Source: Candidatus Nanoarchaeia archaeon (GTDB lineage Archaea; Nanobdellota; Nanobdellia; CSSed11-243R1). Taken from it: a stretch of 64,000 bases of DNA. Positions 35,257 through 44,140 of the stretch are shown in pieces (position 1 is the stretch's first letter; each line of letters begins with the position of its first letter). The DNA lies in the NCBI GenBank assembly GCA_028713895.1, contig JAQTNH010000001.1, forward strand, positions 661,376 through 725,375. Reading direction: 5' to 3'. The notes beneath the pieces were generated by a model. That model did no database searches and was not told the DNA's origin. It was given only the letters and a program-made list of their open reading frames with translations. The translations under genes were made by a program, and so were the position numbers.

Positions 35257-35936
35257 AAGTAGCGGCACTGGTTTCAGGCGGAAAAGACTCGATTTATGCG
35301 CTATACAAAGCGCAGCAGGAAGGGCACGAAGTTGTTGCCATGATTTCCTTTGTTGCAAAAAACCAGGAGAGCTATATGTTCCATATCCCCAATATCGAGA
35401 AGGTTGAATTGTTTGAAAAAGCGCTGGGAATCCCAATACATATATTCCAGGTAAGCGGAGACAAGGAGTTTGAAGTCGGCGAGATGAAAACGGGGGTGTT
35501 CTGGCTGCAGCAGGAATACAAAATTGAGGGGCTTGTGTCAGGCGCAATAGAAAGCAACTACCAGAAAGAGCGCGTGGACAAGATGTGCGAAGAGCTCGGC
35601 TTGAAGAGCATTGCACCGCTGTGGCACACCAATAACGAAGAATACCTGCATAATTTTGTCAAGGAAGGTTTCAAGGCAAAGATTGTCGGAGTGTTTGCAG
35701 AAGGCTTGGACAAGAGCTGGCTTGGAAAGGATATTGACGAGAATTCCATAAAAGAGCTTAAAAAATTGCATGAAAAATATCAGGTTTCAATGGTCGGCGA
35801 GGGAGGGGAGTACGAATCCTTTGCGACTGACGGCCCGATATTCAAGAAAAGAATAAACATCCTTGATTCGGAAATTATCTGGGAACATAACTCAGGGATA
35901 CTTAAAATAAAGAAGGCTAAATTAGACGCCAAGTAA
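35253..35936 (+). CDS. dph6: diphthine-ammonia ligase (Dph6-like PP-loop ATPase)
   Basis: N-terminal PP-loop LVSGGKDS and an MJ0570-family layout. Confidence 0.7.
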   Translation: MKVAALVSGGKDSIYALYKAQQEGHEVVAMISFVAKNQESYMFHIPNIEKVELFEKALGIPIHIFQVSGDKEFEVGEMKTGVFWLQQEYKIEGLVSGAIESNYQKERVDKMCEELGLKSIAPLWHTNNEEYLHNFVKEGFKAKIVGVFAEGLDKSWLGKDIDENSIKELKKLHEKYQVSMVGEGGEYESFATDGPIFKKRINILDSEIIWEHNSGILKIKKAKLDAK

Positions 35937-35995
35937 CTTTGTTTTAGTTACAAAATATTTTTATATGGATTCTGAATCTAAACTCCGGTGATAAC

Positions 35996-37417
35996 ATGGG
36001 TACAAAGTCTGATGTTTACGTAATCCTGGGCTCACAATTTGGTGATGAGTCAAAAGGAGGAATAAGTTATCATCTTGTTCCAGATACAGACTGGAGCGTA
36101 AGGTTCAATGGCGGAAACAACGCCGGGCATGAAGTCGAAGGCAAGAAACTGCATTACCTTCCAGCAGGGATTCTTAGGGGGACAAAAGTTGGCCTTGGCA
36201 ATGGCATGGTAATATACCCTCCCGCGATTTTTGAGGAAATGGCTGAAAACGGCATTCCTTCCGAGCTTATAGAAAAGGTTCACATCAGCGAGAGGGCACA
36301 TGTAACACTCCCTTCGCACATCGTAATGGACGGATTGCTGGGGATTATACAAGGGAGCATGAGCGCAAAGTCAACATTCAGGGGGATTGCCCCGACTTAC
36401 GGGGACAAGGCGTACAGGTTAGGCATCACATTCTCAGACCTTCTGGAACAGGATACCCTGGAAAACAAGATGGAACATATAATGGGTTACCACAGGAACA
36501 TATTTGAGAGCTATAAACAGCATCTTCCTGCAATCGAAGCCAGCATGAAAGAAAAGTTCAAGGGCAAAGGGGAAGAAATGTTCCAGGATGCGGTTTCTCT
36601 GGGCCCAACTGAGCTGACAAAAAAATATTGCGAGATAGGCAAAACTCTCAGCGACAACATAGTGGACCTTTCCATCATTTTGACAAATGCATACTTTGAA
36701 AAAAATGAGAAAATTGTCTTTGAAGGCGCGCAGGGATTCCTCCTTGATGTCGACCTCGGAATTTATCCTTATGGCACATCCTCAAACATGTTTTCCATAG
36801 AATCAGACGCGGGTTTCCCTTTGGGCAACGTGCCCGCCAAACACAAAAAAGTCGTCGGGGTTGTCAAGCTTCCCATGTCCAGAGTAGGCGGGGGCTGCAA
36901 GCCAACAAAGATAGGCGGGGAGCTGGAAGACAGGCTAAGAGAAAAAGGAAAGGAGTATGGAACTACTACAGGCAGGCCAAGGGATGTCTGCTGGCCATGC
37001 GAGGTTATGGTTAGAAATGCTGTACGCAACTGCGGCATAAACAACCTTGCAATTGTCAAGACAGATGTTTTCGGCGGGATGAAAGAGCCCATCAAAGTCA
37101 ATACATATTATAGCCATGAAAACATGTTGTTTAATGATTCCCTGCCTGCATCAATGAAAATATTTGAAAGCATGGTTCCGCATTACAGGGAAGAAGAACC
37201 CTGGCCAGACAGGACAAAAGAGCAGTGGATAGATGATGCACAGGAAGGCTTATCTGCCCTTCATGAGAGCCACAGGGAATTCCTGGCGAACTTTGCAAAA
37301 AGAGTGAACGCCTACAACTTTTTGTCTGGCGGCAATGTCACGATATCCCTTGGGCCTTCGGACAAGGCAAAATTTACAGTCAAACTCAATTATCTGGCAG
37401 AAGATGCGACACTTTGA
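35996..37417 (+). CDS. purA: adenylosuccinate synthetase (divergent, long form)
   Basis: Motifs GSQFGDESKG (P-loop), GGNNAGHEV and TTTGRPR. It is 473 aa with a C-terminal extension. Confidence 0.8.
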   Translation: MGTKSDVYVILGSQFGDESKGGISYHLVPDTDWSVRFNGGNNAGHEVEGKKLHYLPAGILRGTKVGLGNGMVIYPPAIFEEMAENGIPSELIEKVHISERAHVTLPSHIVMDGLLGIIQGSMSAKSTFRGIAPTYGDKAYRLGITFSDLLEQDTLENKMEHIMGYHRNIFESYKQHLPAIEASMKEKFKGKGEEMFQDAVSLGPTELTKKYCEIGKTLSDNIVDLSIILTNAYFEKNEKIVFEGAQGFLLDVDLGIYPYGTSSNMFSIESDAGFPLGNVPAKHKKVVGVVKLPMSRVGGGCKPTKIGGELEDRLREKGKEYGTTTGRPRDVCWPCEVMVRNAVRNCGINNLAIVKTDVFGGMKEPIKVNTYYSHENMLFNDSLPASMKIFESMVPHYREEEPWPDRTKEQWIDDAQEGLSALHESHREFLANFAKRVNAYNFLSGGNVTISLGPSDKAKFTVKLNYLAEDATL

Positions 37418-37436
37418 CAAGAAATCAAAAATTGAG

Positions 37437-37781
37437 CTAATTTTTCTTTTCAAACCTGCCTTCGTTCTTTCCCTGCTTTTTGAGGAACTCTGATTCCAAG
37501 TCCATATTCAAAAGCTGTGAAACTATCAGTGTGTAAATAAAGACATCAGCGACTTTCTCTTTCATGTGAGCCAGCATTTCATCGTTTAATCTTTCCTTGT
37601 TCCGCAGCACCTTCTTGACAAGATTTGCGAACTCCCCGACCTCTCCGGAAATCGCGACTGCATTGTAGCCCAGCTTGCTTATCATGTCATCCGTATTGCT
37701 TGCCTTGTGATAAAACCATCCGCGGCTTTCAGAGAACTTTGCATTTATGTCCTGCATAGATTTAATGTCCATTAGCACCAC
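37437..37781 (-). CDS. MazG-like nucleotide pyrophosphohydrolase
   Basis: 114 aa. The EVGEF...E..D pattern fits the all-alpha NTP-PPase fold. Confidence 0.5.
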   Translation of the reverse strand: MVLMDIKSMQDINAKFSESRGWFYHKASNTDDMISKLGYNAVAISGEVGEFANLVKKVLRNKERLNDEMLAHMKEKVADVFIYTLIVSQLLNMDLESEFLKKQGKNEGRFEKKN

Positions 37782-37811
37782 CTAAAATTCCAAATTTCTC
37801 AAACTTTATAA

Positions 37812-38759
37812 ATGGCTGTTTTTTCTTTGTTTTTTATGGAACCTGTCAAGGACATTCTCATAAAGGAAAACCAAAGCGTCAAGGACTTGGTTAGCCAGTT
37901 CTCGCATTCAGGCGGCTTCACTGCAAAGATGTTTGCAGACGGGGTGGAGATATTCAGGAATATGGTTAAGGACAAGGACTGCACAAAGTTCTTTTCATTT
38001 CCAGCATGCATCTGCGCAACAGGAACGCGCGGTGTTATACGCGACATGGTGAAGAACAAGATGGTTGATGTGATAATAACAACCTGCGGAACAATGGACC
38101 ATGACATGGCGCGATTGTGGAAAAGCTATTATGAAGGAAGTTTTGATGTTGATGACAGAGAACTGCACAAGAAAGGAATCAACCGCCTTGGAAATGTTTT
38201 TGTGCCGAATGATTCATACGGGATAATTCTTGAAACGAAATGCAAAGAAGTCCTTGAGAAACTCTATGCCAAGCGCAAGGAATGGAACACGCGCGATTTG
38301 GTGTGGGCATTTGGCGAGGCAATAAAGGACGAGAAAGGAGCGCAGGACACAATCTGCTACTGGGCATGGAAGAACCAGATACCCGTGTTCATCCCCGGGC
38401 CGACTGACGGAAGCTGGGGCTCGCAGATGTGGATGTTCTGGCAGAACCACAAGGACTTCAAGATTAATCTTTTTGAGGACGAGCACGCTCTAAGTGATAT
38501 TGTTTATGATGCAAAGAAAACAGGCGCACTGATGCTTGGCGGAGGAATCTCAAAGCACCACGTGATTTGGTGGAACCAGTTCCGTGATGGCTTGAATTAT
38601 GCTATACAAATTTCAACAGCACCAGAGTGGGACGGCTCATTATCAGGCGCAAAAGTTCACGAAGCAATAAGCTGGGGAAAAGTTCGCGAAGATGCGAAGC
38701 ACGTAACCATACCTGGCGATGCAACAATCCTTCTGCCGCTTTTGTACGCAAGCGTTTAG
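37812..38759 (+). CDS. dys: deoxyhypusine synthase
   Basis: Motifs GGGISKHH, WDGSLSGA and EAISWGK. The start may instead be the ATG at 37836. Confidence 0.85.
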   Translation: MAVFSLFFMEPVKDILIKENQSVKDLVSQFSHSGGFTAKMFADGVEIFRNMVKDKDCTKFFSFPACICATGTRGVIRDMVKNKMVDVIITTCGTMDHDMARLWKSYYEGSFDVDDRELHKKGINRLGNVFVPNDSYGIILETKCKEVLEKLYAKRKEWNTRDLVWAFGEAIKDEKGAQDTICYWAWKNQIPVFIPGPTDGSWGSQMWMFWQNHKDFKINLFEDEHALSDIVYDAKKTGALMLGGGISKHHVIWWNQFRDGLNYAIQISTAPEWDGSLSGAKVHEAISWGKVREDAKHVTIPGDATILLPLLYASV

Positions 38760-39295
38760 AGAACCTGCGGCTTGACTGCACCGAGCGCTCTTGCGATTTC
38801 TGCACCGAATTCTTCTGCAGCCTGCGGGCCTTTTGCTGTAATAAGCCTGCCGTCAACAACAACGTCCTCGTTCATGTATTCAACGCCTTTTGAACGCATA
38901 TTGTATGACTCAGATGCATGGCATGCTGCCTGCCTGCCTTTCAAAAGCCCTGCATTTGCGAGGATTGAAGGAGCAATACAGATTGCTGCGACAACTCTTC
39001 CGCGATTGAAGAAGTCTGTTGCGAGCTTTTTAGCATGCTCGTCATTGAAATACTCGGTTGCACCCTGCCCGCCTATGAAAACAATCGCGTCAAAATTATT
39101 CACGCTGATGTCCTTGTAGTTCATTGTGACTGTGACAGTGCCGCCAAGCGCCCCGCTTATGATTCCTGTCTTTTTTGAAGCAACAGTAACATTGATTCCG
39201 CTGGCTTCAAGCACTTCCATTGTCTTGAACAGCTCTTCATCCCTGAACCTGCTAGAAGCAATTAACATAACGACTTTTTTTATCACTTTAGCCAC
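38756..39295 (-). CDS. DJ-1/PfpI family protein
   Basis: 179 aa with the nucleophile-elbow context AAICIAP and overall PfpI length. Confidence 0.75.
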   Translation of the reverse strand: MAKVIKKVVMLIASSRFRDEELFKTMEVLEASGINVTVASKKTGIISGALGGTVTVTMNYKDISVNNFDAIVFIGGQGATEYFNDEHAKKLATDFFNRGRVVAAICIAPSILANAGLLKGRQAACHASESYNMRSKGVEYMNEDVVVDGRLITAKGPQAAEEFGAEIARALGAVKPQVL

Positions 39296-39340
39296 CTCGA
39301 ATATAGTTAACTTTATAAATCAGGATTTTAAATAATATTC

Positions 39341-39457
39341 TGTTCGCGGTCATAGGGTAGGGGCAAAACCTGTTCCCATTTCGAACACAGAAGTTAATCC
39401 CTGCCGCGGTGCCTCTTGTACTCTGTTCACAGGGGAATCTGGCATAGCTGCGAACAC
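39341..39457 (+). rRNA. 5S rRNA (stand-alone)
   Basis: Terminal helix TGTTCGCGG/CTGCGAACA and a conserved core (CCCATTTCGAACACAGAAGTTAA). A TATA-like ctttataaatc lies about 25 nt upstream. Confidence 0.85.
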
Positions 39458-39521
39458 TCTAATCTTTTTCTTTAGAAAAGAAAAATATTAATGAAAAAGA
39501 AAACTTGTAACAGAAACATTA

Positions 39522-39872
39522 ATGAAAGAAAAAGCTTTACTCTATCTTATGAAAAGAGCAAATGACAAGGACATTGCAAAAGACAGGATAATCTACCTTT
39601 TCAGGCAGGCAGAGCAGGCAATGGAGAAAGGGGAAAAGTCCCTTGCAAAGAAATACGTTGGGCTTGCACTGCGCATAGGCATGAAATTCCAGCTCTCAAT
39701 GCCCAGGGAATGGAAGAGGAGATACTGCAAAAAATGCGGGGTTTTCTGGGTTCCCGGCAAAACAGTAAGAGTGCGCTCTAAAAAGAAAGAAAAACACATT
39801 GTGTTTACCTGCCTTGATTGCGGGGCAATCCGAAGGTATCCCTACATTAAAGAAAGTTTTAAAAATGCCTAA
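39522..39872 (+). CDS. rnp4: RNase P protein component 4 (Rpr2/RPP21)
   Basis: Zinc-ribbon pattern RYCKKCG...FTCLDCG following a helical N-terminus. Confidence 0.75.
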   Translation: MKEKALLYLMKRANDKDIAKDRIIYLFRQAEQAMEKGEKSLAKKYVGLALRIGMKFQLSMPREWKRRYCKKCGVFWVPGKTVRVRSKKKEKHIVFTCLDCGAIRRYPYIKESFKNA

Positions 39873-39916
39873 TTTCAGGGTTCTTATGAGTTACCGGCGT
39901 TGAAAGGAGAGTTAGA

Positions 39917-40348
39917 ATGGTAAATATATTTGATGTGGAAGCGGGAAAATTAATCCCTAAACTGAAGGACGAGCTCAAGAAAGTTGAGCAGATTAAGCCA
40001 CCGGCATGGTCAAAATTCGTAAAAACAGCTGTGGTAAAGTCACGCCCTCCCCAAGAGGATGATTTTTGGTACACAAGAGCTGCAGCAATGCTCAGACAGA
40101 TGTACAAAACAGACAGGCCTCTGGGTGTACAGCGATTGCGAACAAAATACGGCGGTAAGGAACAGAACAGGTCAAAACCAGCGCACTACAAAAAGGGCTC
40201 TGGAAGCATAATCAGGAAGCTCATGCAGCAGCTTGAGAGCGCAGGGTTTGTTAAAAAGACAACAGTCAACAAACATGCAGGACGAGTGCTGACTCCAAAG
40301 GGAAAAAGCTTCATTGACAAAGTTGCAAGGACTGTTTTGAAAGGTTAA
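39917..40348 (+). CDS. rps19e: ribosomal protein eS19
   Basis: Motif PPAWSKFVKTAV.K.RPPQ..DFWYTRAAAMLR. Confidence 0.9.
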   Translation: MVNIFDVEAGKLIPKLKDELKKVEQIKPPAWSKFVKTAVVKSRPPQEDDFWYTRAAAMLRQMYKTDRPLGVQRLRTKYGGKEQNRSKPAHYKKGSGSIIRKLMQQLESAGFVKKTTVNKHAGRVLTPKGKSFIDKVARTVLKG

Positions 40349-40349
40349 G

Positions 40350-40631
40350 ATGGCAGACGAGCTTGAAGAAATAAAAGCGCGCAAGCTTCAGGAAGCAATG
40401 CAGAAACAACAGATGCAGGTTGTAAGGAAAGTTGCAGCCCTGAAATACATGACAAAGGAAGCAAGGGAGCGCCTAAGCCGCGTGAAACTTGTGAAGCCAG
40501 AACTTGCAGAGCAGGTTGAGTTTGCGCTCATACAGGCAATACAGCTCGGCCAGATTAAAGAAAGCATAACTGACACGCAGTTGAAAAAAATATTGGAAGA
40601 AATCACACAATCCAGACAAAAACATGTTTAA
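40350..40631 (+). CDS. PDCD5/TFAR19-like DNA-binding protein
   Basis: 93 aa with the N-terminus ELEEIKARKLQE and conserved synteny after eS19. Confidence 0.7.
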   Translation: MADELEEIKARKLQEAMQKQQMQVVRKVAALKYMTKEARERLSRVKLVKPELAEQVEFALIQAIQLGQIKESITDTQLKKILEEITQSRQKHV

Positions 40632-40642
40632 GAGGTTTTAAA

Positions 40643-40816
40643 ATGGCACGAAACAAACACGTTTCACGGAAAAAGAGGCTCATAAAAGCGGCAAAGAGGG
40701 CAGTAGCTGCTCCGTTCTGGGCGCTTTTGAGAGTTTTCGGAAAACGAAGGGTATACAGATGGAGACTTAACCAGCAGGAAAGAAGATCCTGGAGAAGAAC
40801 AAAATTGAAGTTATAA
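40643..40816 (+). CDS. rpl39e: ribosomal protein eL39
   Basis: Not in the track (57 aa). The sequence is MARNKHVSRKKRLIKAAKRAVAAPFWALLRVFGKRRVYRWRLNQQERRSWRRTKLKL. Confidence 0.85.
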   Translation: MARNKHVSRKKRLIKAAKRAVAAPFWALLRVFGKRRVYRWRLNQQERRSWRRTKLKL

Positions 40817-40827
40817 TGGTGATATAA

Positions 40828-41307
40828 ATGGCAGATAAAAAAACAACTGAAAAATTAGAAAGGACTTATATTATTCCTATAAGGAAAGACAGTGTTAAAG
40901 TCGAGAGATGGCGCAGGGCAAAACGCGCAATGAACTTTATCAGGGCATTTATGAAACGCCACATGAAATGTGACAATGTCAAAATGGGGCAGGAATTAAA
41001 TGAACTGGTTTGGGCGCGCGGCGGAAAATATGTGCCGAACAAAGTCGAGATTTACGCTGTTAAAGAAGATGATATTGTGCGAATGAACCTTAAAGGAGCT
41101 CCGCTTCCAAAGATAGAAGAGAAAGAAGAGGAAAAGAAGGAAGAGAAGAAGGAAGAAAAGAAAACCGAAGAGCAGAAAAAAACAGAAATAAAAGAAGAGA
41201 AAAAAGAAGTGGAACGAAAAGAAGAGCTCAAGGTAGAAAAAAAAGAGTTCAGGAAAGAGCACAAGCCAGACTTCAAAGCCGAGTATTCACATGAGGCGAA
41301 ATCCTGA
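40828..41307 (+). CDS. rpl31e: ribosomal protein eL31 with a K/E-rich C-terminal extension
   Basis: The core TYIIPIRK...RAKRAMNFIRAFMKRHMK...NELVWARG is followed by a tail of about 70 aa of KE repeats. Confidence 0.85.
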   Translation: MADKKTTEKLERTYIIPIRKDSVKVERWRRAKRAMNFIRAFMKRHMKCDNVKMGQELNELVWARGGKYVPNKVEIYAVKEDDIVRMNLKGAPLPKIEEKEEEKKEEKKEEKKTEEQKKTEIKEEKKEVERKEELKVEKKEFRKEHKPDFKAEYSHEAKS

Positions 41308-41729
41308 TGGCCAAGAAAGAACACGAGCACAAATGCGAATGCGGACATGAGCACGGGCACGAAGAAGACAACAACATGGAAGAGCAGCGCAGGATGCTTG
41401 AGCAGCAGATTCTCCAGCAGAAACTCATGGAAATAGAATCGCAGCTTAACCAGGTTGAGCAGAAAAAACAGGAGCTTGAAATGGTTTCAGAAAGCATAAG
41501 CTCGCTGGACGGCAAAACAAACGCAGAAATCATGGTTCCGATAGGCATGGGTGTTCTTGGCAAGGCTAAACTTCTGGATTCAAACGAATTTCTTGTCAAC
41601 ATAGGTTCAAATATCGTTGTAACAAAGAGCGCAGAAGAGACAAAAAAACTCATTGAGGCGCAGATATCTGAACTCGACAGGGCAAGAGAACTTTTTGAAC
41701 AAGAACTGCAGCGAATCCTTACAGTATAA
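41307..41729 (+). CDS. pfdA: prefoldin alpha subunit with a His/Cys-rich N-terminal tag
   Basis: Coiled coil, then the beta-hairpin region (MVPIGMGVLGKAKL...LVNIGSNIVV), then another coiled coil. The gene keeps the conserved L31e..pfdA-ftsY order. The N-terminus is HEHKCECGHEHGHE. Confidence 0.65.
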   Translation: MAKKEHEHKCECGHEHGHEEDNNMEEQRRMLEQQILQQKLMEIESQLNQVEQKKQELEMVSESISSLDGKTNAEIMVPIGMGVLGKAKLLDSNEFLVNIGSNIVVTKSAEETKKLIEAQISELDRARELFEQELQRILTV

Positions 41730-41747
41730 TCCCACAGAGGCTAGAAT

Positions 41748-43241
41748 ATGTTCGATTTTTTGAAGAAAAAGTTAAAGGAATCTGTAAACAGCCTGAAAAA
41801 CATATTCAAAACAAGCCTTTCTTCCGAAGAAAGCCTTGAGGGAAAGAAGCCTGCAAAAGAGATAGAACCTATTTCTGAACCTGAAAAAGAAGCAATGCAG
41901 GAAGTAAAAGAAGAGGTTAACGAGGAGATTAAAGAGGAGAAGAAAGAAGAGGCTGTAAAAGAGGAAGAACAAAAGCATGTTGCCGAGGAAGTAAAAGAGC
42001 TGCAAAAAGAAGTCGAGAAAACAGAAAAAGTCATAGAAAAGGCAGTTGAAGAGGAAGACTTTGTAGCAGCAAAAAAACTCAAGGAGCTGGCTGCAAAGGC
42101 AAAAGAAGCGCTGAAAGGGCTTGGCGCAGAAACAAAAAAAGAAGAAGCAGTTGAGGAAAAGAAAGAAGAACCCACACCTGAAAAACCAAAAGAGGAAAAG
42201 AAAGGATTCTTCGGGAAACTTTTTGGCAAACACGGGAAGAAAGAAGTAAGCCTTTCTTCAGAAGACCAAGCGATTGCATCGCAGGGCGTAGCGACAGAGT
42301 CGCTACGAAGCCTTAAGGGAAAGAAGATTGAAGAAGCAAAACCTGCGGAAAAAAAGCCTGAAGAAAAAAAAGGGCTGTTTGCGGGGCTTTTTGAGAAGAC
42401 CCTTAACGAGGAAGAATTTGAAAAATTCTTTGCCAATCTTGAAATATCTCTGCTTGAAAGCAATCTTGCATACGAGGTAACCCAGCTTTTGAAAAAAAGG
42501 CTGAAAGCGGAGCTCGTAGGCAAGAAGATACCGCGAGGAAAAGGTGAGGAAATCCTGTTCAAGACAATCGAGGACACTTTCAGGGGAATACTGTTTGAAA
42601 AACACCCTGACGAGATATTAAAAGTCATAAACGAAAACAAGGCAAAGGGCGTGCCCACAAAATTCCTGTTCCTTGGAGTCAACGGAGTGGGCAAAACAAC
42701 GACACTTGCAAAAATGTGCCAGTGGCTCAAGGACAAAGGCTATTCTGCTGTAATCTCAGCGAGCGACACATTCAGGGCAGCAAGCATTGAACAGCTGGAG
42801 AAGCATGCATCGCGATTGGGCGTGGATGTCATAAAGCACAAATACGGCGGAGACCCTGCAGCAGTTGCATTTGACGCAATCGAGCACGCGAAGTCAAAGA
42901 AGATAGACGTGGTGCTCATTGACTCAGCAGGAAGGCAGCATACAAGCGCCAACCTGATGGATGAGCTGAAAAAGCTGAAGCGGGTTGCAAAGCCGGATTT
43001 CAGCATATTTGTTGCGGATGCAATGACTGGCAATGATGCAGTTGAGCAGGCGCGCGAATTCGGCGAGCAGATAGGATTTGATTTCTCAATACTCGGAAAG
43101 ACAGATGTTGACCAGAAGGGCGGGGCAATACTTTCAGTCAGCTATGTTTCAGGCAAGCCGATAGCATTCCTTGGAACTGGGCAGGAGTATAAGGATATCG
43201 AGCCCTTTGACAGGGAAAAATTGCTTAAAAGAATATTCTAA
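41748..43241 (+). CDS. ftsY: signal recognition particle receptor FtsY
   Basis: NG domain with GVNGVGKTTT, DTFRAA, DSAGR and KTD motifs. The N-terminal region of about 200 aa is K/E-rich. Confidence 0.9.
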   Translation: MFDFLKKKLKESVNSLKNIFKTSLSSEESLEGKKPAKEIEPISEPEKEAMQEVKEEVNEEIKEEKKEEAVKEEEQKHVAEEVKELQKEVEKTEKVIEKAVEEEDFVAAKKLKELAAKAKEALKGLGAETKKEEAVEEKKEEPTPEKPKEEKKGFFGKLFGKHGKKEVSLSSEDQAIASQGVATESLRSLKGKKIEEAKPAEKKPEEKKGLFAGLFEKTLNEEEFEKFFANLEISLLESNLAYEVTQLLKKRLKAELVGKKIPRGKGEEILFKTIEDTFRGILFEKHPDEILKVINENKAKGVPTKFLFLGVNGVGKTTTLAKMCQWLKDKGYSAVISASDTFRAASIEQLEKHASRLGVDVIKHKYGGDPAAVAFDAIEHAKSKKIDVVLIDSAGRQHTSANLMDELKKLKRVAKPDFSIFVADAMTGNDAVEQAREFGEQIGFDFSILGKTDVDQKGGAILSVSYVSGKPIAFLGTGQEYKDIEPFDREKLLKRIF

Positions 43242-44024
43242 TTACTGTTTGTTTAACCAGTCTATAAAAGAATACACTGTTCGCGCCTGAGGACCGAGGA
43301 ACAATCCCGTTACCTCAAGTTCATACGCGATTTCTCCAAGATTCTTAAGGGAAACTGTAAATTTGTTCTTGACTTCACTGTTCTTTTCGGAACGAAGCTT
43401 GATAACTTCTTCAATTTCTCCTACATTTTCCTTATACGGAAGCCCGCTCAGGTCTGTAACTGCGATATAAGTAAAAGCAACATTTGGTTTTTTATGAACA
43501 TTGAATGGAACAGCGTCCAAAAAAGTTCCGTTAGGCAGGACAAGACTGCCAGGTACGCTTAGTTCTTCCCTCAACTCTTTCATGGCAGTTTCCTCGAATT
43601 TTTCGTTGTATTCTCCATGGCCTGCTGCACCGACCTGTATTGTGTTGGCATGGTCAATTGCTTTTCCACGAATCTGCATGGCATACAAACCATGTATAGC
43701 ATCATAACAATGAAGAATTAATCCTGTAGTCGGCCCAAAATCAGGGTCTGTGTCAATATTTTTGTTATATCTTTCAGCTGGGAACAAAACACCGTTTTGA
43801 TTGATGTAAAGAACGCCGTCTTTGTAATCATAACCTGAAATGCCTTTAATGACGCTGTCGCCCTTGAAGCCTTTTCCCTCTTGAAATGTTTTTGTTATCA
43901 AACTCTCCAGCTCATTAATGTGCGCTTTATTGTCAGTATCAATTACTACCAGCCTGGGTCTAGAACGCGGCCTTACACTATCGCAAAGCCTTTCGATGTC
44001 GTCTATTGTTTTGACAAGTTTCAT
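43242..44024 (-). CDS. Nudix-family hydrolase-like protein
   Basis: The segment GHGEYNEKFEETAMKELREELSV fits the Nudix box with R-to-K and G-to-S substitutions. Confidence 0.5.
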   Translation of the reverse strand: MKLVKTIDDIERLCDSVRPRSRPRLVVIDTDNKAHINELESLITKTFQEGKGFKGDSVIKGISGYDYKDGVLYINQNGVLFPAERYNKNIDTDPDFGPTTGLILHCYDAIHGLYAMQIRGKAIDHANTIQVGAAGHGEYNEKFEETAMKELREELSVPGSLVLPNGTFLDAVPFNVHKKPNVAFTYIAVTDLSGLPYKENVGEIEEVIKLRSEKNSEVKNKFTVSLKNLGEIAYELEVTGLFLGPQARTVYSFIDWLNKQ

Positions 44025-44140
44025 GGTATTTTACAGACAAAAGTGCCTTATAAACTTTGTGTTGTTCACTACTTATAAGTGGTTAAAATGATAAGATATA
44101 TAAAGGCAAGCGTACTAACAATCTGTAAGGTGATAGTGTA

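Noticed and set aside
41052-42736. Long minus-strand ORFs (up to 331 aa) antisense to eL31, prefoldin and ftsY
   Set aside because: They translate to S/F/L-rich low-complexity sequence. This is simply the reverse complement of the GAA/AAG-rich K/E repeats of well-supported plus-strand genes.
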